Positions 37,780-51,457 of a stretch of DNA of 64,000 nucleotides are shown one piece after another. The stretch lies in the NCBI RefSeq assembly GCF_004010195.1, contig NC_057759.1, positions 3,846,438 to 3,910,437 of the forward strand, in the 5' to 3' direction. Within the stretch, counting starts at the first letter, position 1. Every line of letters starts with the position of its first letter. The notes under the pieces are model-generated. The model saw nothing but the letters and a program-made list of their open reading frames with translations. It had not been told where the DNA came from and searched no databases. Both the position numbers and the translations under genes were made by a program. Source of the DNA: Chiloscyllium plagiosum. Lineage: Eukaryota.

Positions 37780-37889
37780 CCTGAAACGTCGATTCTCCTG
37801 CTCCTTGGATGCTGCCTGACCTGCTGCGCTTTTCCAGCAACACATTTTCAGCTCTGATCTCCAGCATCTGCAGCCCTCACTTTCTCCTC
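37780..37889 (+). mobile_element. 110-bp Penelope-derived insertion with an 11-bp TSD
   Basis: GTCAATTAAAG at 37769-37779 and 37890-37900; empty site in the right arm at 57834-57844. Confidence 0.9.
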
Positions 37890-39686
37890 GTCAATTAAAG
37901 ACACCCAAGACTAAAGTTGCACCGTTATTGCAAGACTCTCTGATACCTTGCTACATGCCAAATTACAATTGTAGAAAGGCTATTGGAATGATAACCGTTA
38001 TTACAAGAGGATGTGGGTACTTGAGCAGTGAAGTCTTGTTTCAAAACCACCGGACGTTGGTTAGACTGTACCTGCAGGTCTAAGTGCAGTTTGGGTTTTC
38101 TTGCCTCAGGAAAGGGGTTATTTCCATGCAGACAGAGAGCCATGAAGATTCAGCATATTTGTCTCTGGGATGGGAGGGCAATATCCAATGAAGAGACAGT
38201 GGAGAAACTGGGCCTGTGTTATCCAGGCTTTGGACGGATGGGTGATGATATCATTGTAAATAAAGTAACGTAATTTTTATAGAGACATGTTAACTATAGA
38301 TTGAATATTTGATAATTGAGGGAGACTAGAACCAGGCAAGGTATTAAAATAAGTGGATTTCGGACCAAGATGAGGGTTTATTGTGTTTCGCTCGTTGGAT
38401 TGTAATCCTTTAGAATTCCATACCTGCAGGGGGCGAGGATCACTCCATCACCGTATATGTTAAAGGTAGAGGCTGATAGATTTCTCATTACCAGTCTTCA
38501 ACGAGATGGGGATGGAGTGTGCAAAATGTATTGTAGTGCTCGATCAGCCATGATCGTATTCAATGGGACAACATGTTGATGGGGCTGAATGGCCCACACC
38601 TGTTTCTCTATTACGCAAACAGATCCTCTTTTTTTTCTCTCAGAAATATACACAAATACTTCTCTTCCCTAACAATGAAACCCTGCTCTGAAATGCACAA
38701 TTTATAGACATGTTGGCTCAAAGACTTGTTCTCTGAAGTAATGCAGTGGCTATGAAAATGTAATCATTGGTTCACAGAGATGTACAGCACGGGAACAGAT
38801 CCTTTGGTCGAAATTTTCCATACACAACAGGTATCCCAAATCAATGTCATCCCATTTGCTAGTGGTTGGCCCATCTCCCTCTAACCATTCCTAATCACAT
38901 ACCCATCCAGATGCCTTTTAAATGTTGCAGTTGTACCAGCCTGCACCACATTCTAAGCCATCTAATTCCATACACACACCAGCCTTTGCGTGAAAAGGTT
39001 GCCAATTTAGTTCCTTCTAAATTTTTCTACTCTCATCCTAAAACTATACCTTCTAGTCCAGACCACCTCCCTCACACACACTCGCCCCCACCATATCTCC
39101 TTCGCCACCACCACCACACCAGGGAAAAGATTTCTGTTTATTTACAATGTCCATGCCGCTGATTACTTTCTAACTTTCTTAAACTCATTCCTCAGCCACT
39201 GATGTTTCAGGGAAAACAGTCCCAGCCTACTCAGCCTCTCCCAGTAGCTCAAGCCTTCCACACCCTGGCTAAATCCTTGCAAATTATTTGGGAATACTTT
39301 CAAGTTTCAGAATTTTTTTCTTGTAGGAGGGAGGTCATAGCTCAACCTTCCACACCCTGGCTAAATCCTTGCAAATTATTTGGGAATACTTTCAAGTTTC
39401 AGAATTTTTTTCTTGTAGGAGGGAGGTCATAATTGTATGCAATATTCCGAATATGTGAGTTTAGACCCCAGCTGTCCTTTGATTTGAAAATTTCAACGAA
39501 TGAATCAAGCTTCATGAAAGCAAGTATTTCCAGTAAATCAATCTGATAAATATGTGTTTCTGTTAATGACAGCTTCATCGTGTTTGAATGCAACACTAGG
39601 CCTGGAAAGCAGCATTAGCAACTTTGTTTCTTTCTCGTATATTACAAGTAAGGTGGAGTCTAACTGTAGAAATAGTGCATGTAAAG

Positions 39687-39696
39687 GTAGATAGAC

Positions 39697-39788
<92 letters not shown>
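39687..39788 (+). repeat. (GATA)n microsatellite (mirror (CTAT)n at 56053-56119)
   Basis: Direct reading. Confidence 0.95.
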
Positions 39789-41125
39789 NNNNNNNNNNNN
39801 NNNNNNNNNNNNNNNNNNNNNNNNNNNNNNNNNNNNNNNNNNNNNNNNNNNNNNNNNNNNNNNNNNNNNNNNNNNNNNNNNNNNNNNNNNNNNNNNNNNN
39901 NNNNNNNNNNNNNNNNNNNNNNNNNNNNNNNNNNNNNNNNNNNNNNNNNNNNNNNNNNNNNNNNNNNNNNNNNNNNNNNNNNNNNNNNNNNNNNNNNNNN
40001 NNNNNNNNNNNNNNNNNNNNNNNNNNNNNNNNNNNNNNNNNNNNNNNNNNNNNNNNNNNNNNNNNNNNNNNNNNNNNNNNNNNNNNNNNNNNNNNNNNNN
40101 NNNNNNNNNNNNNNNNNNNNNNNNNNNNNNNNNNNNNNNNNNNNNNNNNNNNNNNNNNNNNNNNNNNNNNNNNNNNNNNNNNNNNNNNNNNNNNNNNNNN
40201 NNNNNNNNNNNNNNNNNNNNNNNNNNNNNNNNNNNNNNNNNNNNNNNNNNNNNNNNNNNNNNNNNNNNNNNNNNNNNNNNNNNNNNNNNNNNNNNNNNNN
40301 NNNNNNNNNNNNNNNNNNNNNNNNNNNNNNNNNNNNNNNNNNNNNNNNNNNNNNNNNNNNNNNNNNNNNNNNNNNNNNNNNNNNNNNNNNNNNNNNNNNN
40401 NNNNNNNNNNNNNNNNNNNNNNNNNNNNNNNNNNNNNNNNNNNNNNNNNNNNNNNNNNNNNNNNNNNNNNNNNNNNNNNNNNNNNNNNNNNNNNNNNNNN
40501 NNNNNNNNNNNNNNNNNNNNNNNNNNNNNNNNNNNNNNNNNNNNNNNNNNNNNNNNNNNNNNNNNNNNNNNNNNNNNNNNNNNNNNNNNNNNNNNNNNNN
40601 NNNNNNNNNNNNGTGTCAAGAAAGGATGGGGTGAATTATTCCAAGAAAAGAAACAGTCCTGAAGTCAGCAGCCTCTCATAATGCTTCTTGCCCCACATAG
40701 CGCGTGTACCACACTGACAAACTCTGCAAGAATCTTTATGTTACTTCACTTTTTCATTATCTTTTAATCTCGTATTGTAGCCAGTGGGGTGTTTCATTTT
40801 TCCAAGATGTGTGAAAGTGGTGTTGTAATTGTAACACAATTAGAACTGAAAACATGCACAGAAACAAAACTGTATTGCAGTTTCAGCTGGGTGGAAATCA
40901 GTGCTTCTTGGAATTGCATCTCCCTCTGAGTCTGCATAAGACCGAACCGAGTCTGGAAACTTTTCTCTATAAAATAAAAGTGGTGGACATCGTACAACAT
41001 TGCACATATGTCACTCCTGACAGACGGAATATCTAATTGAAGGCAACATATCAACATTTATGGCATACCCACAATAAGTGGCCTTATTGCAATTGTCCCT
41101 TGCATTTAGCTGAGAGGAAAAGAAA

Positions 41126-41160
<35 letters not shown>

Positions 41161-41599
41161 GAGAGTCAAAGCATACTGTCACAGCCCCTAGTGTTCAGAA
41201 TGCGGAATCACAGATTTTAGCAGTGCTATCATATCATGTAGCAAGGAAAGATTCTTTTATGGTCAAACATAGCCAACAGGGAGTGATTCCCTCAATCCTG
41301 CACCTTGGATAATAGTTCATTTCTTTCCTCTCTTGAATTTATCTACATCCAATTTCCCATTCATTAAATAATCTGTGTCAAATATCTGCCATCAGATGAT
41401 ATAACGTTCTGGAAATGGTTGAGATGGGTAAAATAACAACTTTTAAAAGATATTTGGACTATTACATTGATAGGAAGGTTTAGAAAGATACAGGCCAAGT
41501 GCAGGGAGATGGGGGTAGAGTGGGTGGAGATTTTTCTCGGCATGGACCAGTTTGTGCCAAAGGGCCTGTATCTATGCTGTAGGACTCTATGGCTGAACA

Positions 41600-41935
41600 A
41601 CCTTTACAGGTGAAGCAGTATCTCACCTGTACCTTGTCCAATATTATGTATTCAACTCGCTGCAACCAATGTGGCATACTCTACATTGGCAAAACCAAAC
41701 ACAGACAGGGTGGTTACTTTACAGAACACCTCAGGTGTGTGCACAAGCAGGACCCAACCTTTCTGCAGCCAGTAATTTTATCACAGCCTCCTGCTCGCAT
41801 GCCCATTTGTCTGTCCTTGGCATTTTGCAGCGTTCCAGTGAATCACATTGTAAACTGAAGGAACAACATCTCATCTTCAGACTAGTCACTTTACAGCCGT
41901 TTTGACTTGATATTGATCTTAACATCTTCAAATTG
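41600..41935 (+). mobile_element. Penelope-like GIY-YIG fragment
   Basis: LTCTLSNIMYSTRCNQCGILYIGKTKHR...FTEHL...LKEQHLIFRL. Confidence 0.8.
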
Positions 41936-43373
41936 TGAACCCATTCCTTCCCTTTCTTTTAGCTTGTCTTTTTTTTGGCATTATGCTCATTCAAATGGGG
42001 ACTGTCTATCCTTTCAAGCTTGGCAGGAATGTTAGGGACCAGGCCGGATTCCCTCAAAACATTTCAGGAAAGTAGTCCAGACCTGAACTTTGATAAGTGC
42101 TTTAAGTAGGTGTACAGCGGATATTCCAGGGGTGATGCATCCAATCATATCACTTAGTTTTAAACAAAACAGACTTCTTTTGCAAGATAATTGAATGAAT
42201 CACAAGACTGTCCCGAACATATTGACGCTATTCCACTAATTGTAACAATTTCCATATACAGGCCTTGGCACAAAAGGTAAAATCAAATACAGGTTCGCAC
42301 TGGAGAGATGTCAGAGAGTGGGTGCATCAACATGGACCTGCTTCTTTGGCTCTAACAACTGCACAATGACTGCTTACTAAAACCAAACCAAACCGGACAG
42401 AGGCTGAGCTGGGAGAACAGGCCCCTTTCATTGTACAAATGTTTTTTTTCTAATTATAATACGTGAAAACCTTTGTCTGAGGCAGTATCTGTTACCTGCA
42501 TTCAAATTGGTCCTAAAAACCTTCAAAACTTGACTTTTTGCGATCATTGCTTTTACGATCTCTCTGAAAATAAAAAGAAAGCCAAGGACATCATCATCAC
42601 ATGAGACATACCAATCCTGTTGAAGAGCTTATGCTTGAAACATCGACTGTCCTGCTCTTCCGATAATGCCTGACTGGCTCTTCTTTTCTAGCTCCACATT
42701 GTTCAACATACTATTATTCAGTCATTCTCACATTCCAATCACTTAATCTGAACTATCAACATCGTTTCTCCATCAGCACCCTACACCCAGTATCCACACA
42801 TCCCTCTTCCATGCTATAACATAAATGCTGACCCTCTCCACACTTCTTCAGCTGTGGTGAAGAGTCATCTAGACTCAAAGCTTAGCTTGCCATGTCTCAG
42901 TGGATGGTGCCTGACTCGCTGTGATTTCTATCATTGACTGTTTTCAGTAAGATATATTATCCTCACTTTTACTTTGTGTGTGAATCGGAGAAGGTGTGAG
43001 AAGATTTTAGTCCCAAAATTTAAAAAAAAGCGAAGATGCTAGGAATCAGAAACAAAATCCAAAATTGCTGGAGAAACCCAGCAGATCAGTCTACAGTTTT
43101 GAAGAGAAAGCTGAGTCAACCCTTTGGATCCAGTGACCTTTCTTCTGACCATTGTGTGTGGGGACTGGGATAAGGACACAGGGAGAATGTGCGCAGGAAG
43201 TAACATTTTTGAACTTGATATTGAGTCCGGACAGCTGCAGGGTGCCCAAGCAGAAAGTGAGATGCTGTTCTTCCAGTTTGTGCTGTCCTTCCAGCCTATA
43301 TTGTTCTTCCAGCCTATCCTGAGCTTCCCGCTTGTGCTGAGATTCGCTTGTGGAACACTGCAGCAATGCCCCG

Positions 43374-43785
43374 AGATTGTGTGCAGTTTTGGTCGCCATA
43401 CTATAGGAAGGATGTGGAGGCACTGGAACGGGTGCAGAGGAGGTTTACCAGGATGTTGCCTGGTATGGTAGAAAGATCGTATGAGGAAAGGCTGAGGCAC
43501 TTGGGGTTGTTTTCATTGGAGAAAAGAAGGTTTAGGGGTGACTTGATAGAGGTGTATAAGATGATTAGGAGTTTTTCTTTACTCAGCGTGTCGTGAGTTC
43601 ATGGAATGCCCTGCCAGTAGCAGTGGTGGACTCTCCCTCATTATGGGCATTTAAGCGGGCATTGGATAGTGGGCTAGTGTAGGTTAGGTGGGCTTGGATC
43701 GGCGCAACATCGAGGGCCGAAGGGCCTGTACTGCGCTGTATTCTTCTATGTTCTATGTTCTATGTTCTATGTTCTATGTTCTATG
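43374..43785 (+). mobile_element. Young CR1 3' fragment nested in a Penelope remnant
   Basis: DCVQFWSPYYRKDVEALERVQRRFTRMLPG; (TTCTATG)n tail. Confidence 0.9.
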
Positions 43786-46139
43786 GAATTGTTGGCCGTG
43801 TTCGAACATTGGGGTGCTGAAATGGCAGGCAATTGGAAGGTAGTCACTTTTGCCATTAGTATATATGTATTCCTTACTCCAATGTCCTTCTCTCAACCTC
43901 TCACTCCAGGCCTTGTCATCACACAAAGCTGCTACCACAAACCTATTTTCAGCCATTTTGTCAGTCCCCATGAGCAGCCATTTATTCTCCCAGGCTGACC
44001 TTCACCCACTCCTTTGTCCGCCAAAGTGCTTTTCACTCTTTCTCGACCTCACTCCACCTATCATTCACTCCTTCCCCCTCTACCCACCACCACCCCCACC
44101 CACAAATAGTTCTGCAGTGAATGTACTAAAACGTTTCCTCAAAACTAGCAGTTCTGAGGAAGGGTGAGTGGATGGAAAACGTTAACTTTGCTTTACCTCC
44201 ACATATGCTTCCTGACCTTTTGAATATTTCCTGTTATTTCTGACGCTATCTTTAAAGTTGATTTTCTTTTCAAACATTCATGTGATGCGGGGTTCTCCGG
44301 CTTGGTCAGGCAGATTTTACTCACCATCCTTAATTAGCTGCAGGGAAATTAAGGGTCAGACATATTCCTGCGGGTCTGGAGTCACATGTGGGCCACACAA
44401 GGTAGGAGTGGCAGATTTCCTTCCCTGAAGGACAGGAGTGAATCAGACAGGATTTTACTACAATGATCGTCATTAAACTCTGAATTCCAGGTTTTATTTT
44501 AATTGAATATAACTTTTAAAATGCTCCTTTATTTATCTATGAAAGAACTGAAACCAACATGGTCATTCTCAAAGATGCCATGGTAGGATTTGAAGGCATG
44601 TTATGATTTACATCCGGGATTAATAGCCAACTGATAATGGCACTGGGACGTGACATCTTCTGGAATAAGTCAGGAGTCAACATTTAACTTTGGCTGCCCA
44701 TCAGGCATGCTCAAAGATTTAGCCATTGCACACAATACTGTAGACATCAAACCATTCACTCCTCTTTCTGAAGGAAGATCTTGAGAACCACAGGAAAAAA
44801 TATGAAATGAGCATAAAGGAGATGACTAGGAAGAAACAGAATACAACAAGAGAAATGTGGTGCTGAGTTAACTTGTCCATCCAATCATTTTGTGATCTAT
44901 CGTGGTTTCAGTCACCTATCAGCTGAACTATGGTCCTTCGACCTGACTTTTCATAGCTTAGTGACGGTCAGACCAAGAAACAAAACCTCACCCTTTGTTT
45001 TGAGAATGCACGGAACCTTTATGTTGAGCGTATTGAATATGATTGTTGCCATTTATTGATGCAGTGGTATAAATTTAATGTTGCTGAAATGTAACACTCA
45101 GGTTAATAGTCTGAGGATTTGGATTGATATCTCACAGTGGTAGCTGGTAAAATTTGAACTCAGGACAAATCTGGAGTTAAAAATCACGCAACACCAAGTT
45201 ATTGTCCAACAAGTTTAACTGGAAGCGCGAACTTTCAGAACCCTACTCCTTCATCAGGTGGTTGTGGAGTAAAAGATCGTAAGACACAGATTTTTTACCA
45301 AAGTCTACAGTGTGATATAACTGAAATTATATATTGAAAAAGATCTGGATTGTTTGTTTCATTTCTCATCTTTGAGAATGACCACGTTGGTTTCAGTTCT
45401 TTCATATATAAATCCCAGAACTTTTTTAAAAGTTACATTCTTAGTTGAACCTCAACAATAGGGGCCATGTCGGCTCAGATAATGCATTGAAGGTGTGAGG
45501 TGCCCTGCGTGAGGCTGTGTGCCCCAATGTTAAGACTGGTTCTATTTCTCAAAAAGGGATTTCCAGAATCTTACATGGATTCATGCAGTTTTTGAACAAA
45601 ATACAATATAATTCTGCAAGTGTAAGTTCACCCCACAAACCTATATGTATGTGTGTGCATATGGGTGTGTGTGTGTGGAGGGGTATGAATGTCTGTGAGA
45701 GAGTGTGGTATGTGTATGAGTGTGAGTGTAAAGGGCTATGAATCAGTGAGAGGGTCCTCATGTGGGTGTGTCTGTATGAGCATATGATAGAGAGCTTGTG
45801 CATGAGTGTGTGTGTGTGTGTGTGTAGTGCAGTGGGGTCACCTGTAGTGTCACATGAACCCAAGGTCAGAGCTGAGGCCATCCCCATGGCTACTGAACTT
45901 GGCTATCAAGTTCTGCTTGGACAATTGTGGAGTGGCGTCACCTGTAATGTGACATGAACCCAAGGTCTCGGTTGAGGCCATCGCCATGGATATTGAACAT
46001 GGCTATCAGCCTCTGCTCGCACATTTTTCATTGTTGCCTGTCCCAAAGTCTCATGTCCCACAAGTAAATTTTTAACATGTTGCTGTTTTGCTGAATGCAA
46101 GTGACTGGTTGGTTCTTGTAATTCAGTGGAATTTTGAGA

Positions 46140-48170
46140 TACTGCCGCCTACAACACTGAAGCCAGTTGCCAACTTGCGGACACATTCTCCTACTCCCCG
46201 TCGACCATGACATCACCTCCCATCACCAAACCATCATCTCTCAGACCAAGCATAACCTCCTCGCCTCAATGGATCTCCCATCCACAGCCTCCAACCTCAT
46301 TGTCCAGGAACCCACACTGCCTGGTTCTGCATCCAACCCAAGATTCACAACCCTGAATGCCCCGGTTGACCCATCATCGGCACCTGATCCAGCCGAACCG
46401 AACTTATCTCCGCATATCTGAACCTTCCTGTTCCGCTTTCGCCCAGGAACTCTCCACATGCCACCCACGCTGTCCAACTCCTCCATGACATTGATTCCCC
46501 AGCCCCCAGTTACCATATCTTCGCCATGGACATCCAGTCCATACACATGCCTATCTGCGTCCAAGTCCTCCATTTCTTCCTATCTGCTGACCTAAGCAGA
46601 ACTGCTCCAATGGCACACATTATATTGGTGGAATTGCTCCTCACCCGAAACAACTTCTCCTTCAATTCCTCCCATTCCTTTCAGACAAAAATTGGATTCA
46701 TGGGCATCCACATAGTCCCCAGCTATGTCTGCCTCTTCGTTGCATACATGGAACAGTCCACCGTCCGCAGTTACACCAGCACCATTCCTCACATTTCCGC
46801 TGCTATACTAATGACTGTTTTGGAACCACCTCATGCTCCCATCAGGAGGCTGAACAATTCTTCAACTTTGTGAACACCTTCCACCCTGACCTCAAGTTCA
46901 CCTGGACCACCTCTGACACCTACTTCCCCTTCCAAAACACCTCTGTCTCCATATCCAGCAAGCAACTCAACATGGACATCTACTTCAAGCCCACCTCCTC
47001 CGACATTCCCTTTTGTAAAAACGCTATCCCTAACTTCCAATTCCTCCACCTCTGCCGTATCTGCTCCAAGGAGGAGCAATTCCACCCCAGGGCATCACAG
47101 ATTACCTCCTATTTCAAGAACTGCAACAAACACCCCCCCAGGTGGTCAACAGGGGCCTCCAGCACTTCTCATCCACTTCTCGCACCTCCAACCTTGAACC
47201 CTACCCCTCCAACCAAAACAAGGATAGAACTGCCCTCGTCCTCAGCTTCCACTCTACTCATCTGCAGAAACAGTACATATCCAGTCATTTCTGCCACCTC
47301 CAATCAGACCCCACTACCAGAGAAATAATTTCCTCCCTGCCCTTACTTGTGTTCCACAGAGACCTTTACCTCTATCACTCCCTTGTTATGTGCACGTGCC
47401 CAACCATCATAATGTCCACACCTGAAACGCTGCTTTGCCGCCACAAGAGGTGTAAAACCTGTGCCCGCACTCCCGCCTCACCTCCACGCAAGGCTCCAAA
47501 TGATCCTTCCTAATCAGGCACAGATTCTTCCTGCACCTTCACACACCTGATTCACTGTGTTGCTCTTGATGTGGTCTCCTCAAGTCGCAGAAAGATTCCG
47601 AGAACATCTCTGGGAAACACACACCGAACAACCTCACTGCCATATGGCTGATTACTTCAACCTCCTCTCCCACTTGGCCAAGGTCATGCAAATCCTGGGC
47701 CTCATCAACCGTCAAATTCAAGCCACGCGATGACTGGAGGAAGTATGTCTCATTTTCCAACGTACAACCCTGCAACCACACGGAATCAACATAGAATTCG
47801 CTAGTTTCGTCATTTTCCTTCCCCCCCCTCATCCCAGATCCAACATTCAAACTTCGCATCGCTCTCTTGAACTGTCCTACCTGTCCATCTTTTTTCCTTC
47901 CCATTATCTACTCCACCCTGCCTTCCGATCTATCATCTTTAGCCCTGCTGCTTGCACCTATTTATCACCTTCCAAGCTACCTTACCCCATTCCTACTCCC
48001 ACCATGCTAATTATCTTTCTTCTTCTTCTCCCAACAACACATCCCTGAAGAAGGTTTTATGCCCGAAACATAGACTGTCCGGCTCATCAGATTTTGCCTG
48101 ACCTGCTCTGCTTTTCCAGCGCCATAGTTTTCGATTCTGATCTCTAGCATCTGCCATACTCACTTTCTCT
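46140..48170 (+). mobile_element. Long decayed Penelope-like element (RT, GIY-YIG and terminal repeat)
   Basis: MDIQS..., LVELLLTRNNFSFNS...MG...PSYVCLFV, NTFHPDLKFTW, CKNAIPNFQFLHLCRICS, CKTC motifs; many frameshifts. Confidence 0.88.
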
Positions 48171-49229
48171 CTTGTAATTCTTATCTCAAACCTTGCATAG
48201 ATAAAACTAATATTCTTTACAGACTGTTGTTTCTTGCAAACATAACATTTGTCTATTCTAATTGCTCAGAGGGACAGTTAGGATGAACGTGGATTGTTTG
48301 GGTTTGGAGACACAGTTCGGCTGCACCAGATAAAGTCCTTTCCCTAAAGGATAATAATAATCCATGGCAATGGGCTGTGAAGTGCGGCAGCTGTAAATTT
48401 ATAACAGTATTAGGCAGTACAGATTCAACGGGCCCAAGGGCCTCTCGCACCATATATGATTGGATGAGAAGCTTCGGAGTTTCCTCAATGTGTATGGGGG
48501 AGAGAGAAGGAGGAGCTTGGGACAAGGTACCGGTGATTAACAGCAGAATCACACTTTGTAACCCATCTTCTGAAGAAATATTAGAAAAAGCAAGTGAATC
48601 GATTCCCACTTCGAGCATTAAACCCCTGTTGCGTAGACGTGAACAGTGTGTTTTGTCAGATCCTTTTGCTCCCCTGCGGAAAGTTTAGCAAAAGAGCATT
48701 TTATTGCCATAATATCATGGAATGCATGGCAAAATGTTAGCTTATGGGCATCCTACAAACATTGTGAAAGTTTCTGCTGAATGGAGCCCAGGTTATGGGT
48801 CTCTGCACACACATAGAGACTGTTCTGTGGTTATATCATAGAACAGGGAATGGCTTGAAATAGAAGACAAATAAACAAGCAGCAAATAAGCAAATTCAGT
48901 GTAGAGCTAACTATTTTGGTGAAGGCGTCACATGAATACCCATGAGAACGTAAGTCCATTAGATATAGTCACAGAATTAAACCTTTTAAATCATGGATGC
49001 CATTCAATCTGAGCTGATTGAGTTTTACAAACCTTTCTCTTGCCAATTACTCATAACTCATGATCCCCTGATCAATCGAGAACCTCTCTATCTCTGTCTT
49101 AAGAACAACACTCACTTGGTCTCCACACTCCTCTGCAGCAATGTGTTCCCCAGATTCACCCCTCGCTCGGGCTGACGAGATTCCTCCTCATCTCAGTTTT
49201 CAAGTGTTTTCCCTTCCCTTCTTTTTGAA

Positions 49230-49880
49230 GCGTATCATCTGCAAATTTACTGACCCACCCTTCGACTCCCTCATCTAAGTCATTAATAAAAATTACAAAC
49301 AGCAGAGGACCTAGAACTGATTGCTGCGGAACTCCACTTGTAACTGGGCTCCAGGCTGAATATTTACCATCTACCACCACTCTCTGCCTTCGGCCGGTTA
49401 GCCAGTTTTCTATCCAATTGGCCAAATTTCCCTCTATCCCCTGCCTCCTGACTTTCCGCATAAGCCTACCATGGGGAACTTTATCAAATGCCTTACTAAA
49501 ATCCATGTATACTACATCCACTGCTCTACCCTTATCCACATGCTTGGTCACCTCCTCGATGAATTCAATAAGACTTGTAAGGCAAGACCTACACCTCAAA
49601 TCCGTGCTGGCTGTCCCTAATCAGGCAGTGTCTTTCCAGATACTCATAAATCCTATCCCTCAGTCCCCTTTCCATTACTTTGCCTACCACTGAAGTAAGA
49701 CTAACTGGCCTGTAATTCCCGAGGTTATCCGTATTCCCTTTTTTGAACAGGGGCACAACATTCGCCACTCTCCAGTCCCCTGGTACCACCCCCGTTGACA
49801 GTGAAGACGAAAAGATCATTGCCAACGGCTCTGCAATTTCCTCTCTTGCTTCCCACATAATCCTAGGATATATCCCGTCA
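49230..49880 (-). mobile_element. Young CR1 LINE RT fragment
   Basis: DWRVANVVPLFKKG...[29 protein letters not shown]...SKFADDT. Confidence 0.95.
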
Positions 49881-51286
49881 GGGATATCATTGTTGCCTTT
49901 GAACTGATTAGCTTGCTAAACCATTTCACAAGGTAATTCAGAGTCAACCTTGCTTTAGGTCTCGAGCCAAATGCAGGCCAGACCAGATAAGGATGGCAGA
50001 TTGTCTTCCCTGAAGGGAATGAAAGAAGCAGATATCTTTTTTCCAATGATAGCGGTTTCAATTCTTAATTCCTGATTGTCTTATCGTATTGAATTCAAAC
50101 TCTACCATTTACTGTAGTGGTATTTGAACCCAGGTTCCCCGGAACATTAGCTGAGTTTTTGGATTAATAATTCTAGCAAAAACACCACTAGGCCATCATC
50201 TCCTTGTGCACGTTAGTTAGCAATTCGATGTTAATTTGGCCATACAATTGTCTTTGAAAGAGAAAGTATAGGGTTATGTTTCCATCTGCTCAGTTGCTGA
50301 AATGCATAACATATTTTCATCTGTTTTTGAGGATTTCTTGCATTTGCCCTGACAAAATATTTGGGCACCACAGTCCATTGTGAAACAATATTCAACCATG
50401 TGGTGATAGTCTGATGTGCTCATCATTAAAGGAAGTGCGAACAAACATTGAACTTATGGATCGAGGAATGAGAAATCAAAGGTTTACATAGACTTAGTTA
50501 ACTGAAACTAATTGAGTAAAAAATGGATTAAAGGGGAAAATATATCACACTGTCTCGAATTTACACAATTTCCAATTGCAACTGTAACACTCGAAAGTTC
50601 AATAGGACAAAGAACAATGCTTCTTATTTGATGTTATGCTTAATAAGGACACCTTTATAGTACTGTAGATAGTTCTGGTCACCCTGCTATGGGAATAATA
50701 TCATTAAATTGGAATGGGTGCAGTAAAGATTTGCAACCTGTTTCCGGAACTGGAGGATATGAGTGAGACTAAGCGGCTTGGTAGATTGGGATCTCTTTCC
50801 CTTGAGTGGAAGAGGTTGAGTGGTGACCTTAAAGAAGTGAGGGACATAGATATGGGGGATAGCCAAGATATTTTCTCTGGGGGAGTGGAATTCAAAACTA
50901 GTGGCAAAGGTGAAATTAGAAAGTTGCAAGATTTAAAAGAGACTTGGGGGCGACGGTTGAAACATAGAGTGTGATTGGTGTCGGGGTGGAACTGCCAAAG
51001 GAAAGTGTAGATGTAGTTACAGCTACAACATTTATAAGACATTTGGNNNNNNNNNNNNNNNNNNNNNTCTGAGTGTCAATACAAATCAGGCACGTGATAA
51101 GCAGGAGAAGGGGAGTCCTTCATGGTAACATCAGCCAGTGTCAGGAGCAAATCTATGTATTTGCATCATTCTGTCTGCCCAGCTAGCTGCCCGCCAATGT
51201 AATGTGGAATATGCCAAGGCAGAAAATGGAAACAAGTGTAAGGGAATATCGAAGATTTAGAACCAAAGCAACAATGGTCATTTTAC

Positions 51287-51381
51287 TTGTCAGTGTCAAA
51301 CCGTTTGTAAAGTGTTCGACAATGATGACCGCCATCATAATGAGCACGCAGACACCGAAGTCACAGCAGTATGGTCTCGTT
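51287..51381 (-). pseudogene. Possible orphan frameshifted transmembrane exon
   Basis: tttctccttgtgcag|AA CGA GAC CAT ACT GCT GTG...; the hydrophobic FGVCVLIMMAVIIV is in a shifted frame; |gtaaaa donor; 95 nt. Confidence 0.3.
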
Positions 51382-51457
51382 CTGCACAAGGAGAAACGCC
51401 CAGTTTAGATCGTTTTGTGTTGGGGAACTGGCCAGCTTGACAGATGTGATTGAAGAG

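Larger units (their letters stand above)
31563..41255. repeat. Left arm of a large inverted segmental duplication
   Basis: Continuous reverse-complement similarity to 54788-64000; ORF 33031-33240(+) nearly equals 62314-62523(-), and 33324-33767(-) nearly equals 61799-62197(+). Confidence 0.95.

Noticed and set aside
39660..40619. Long ORFs containing X runs (also 2425, 4432, 51604, 53744)
   Set aside because: Artefacts of N-gaps and microsatellites.
48253..48618. 121-aa minus-strand ORF with an acceptor-like site
   Set aside because: No domain motif, no clear donor and no partner exons.
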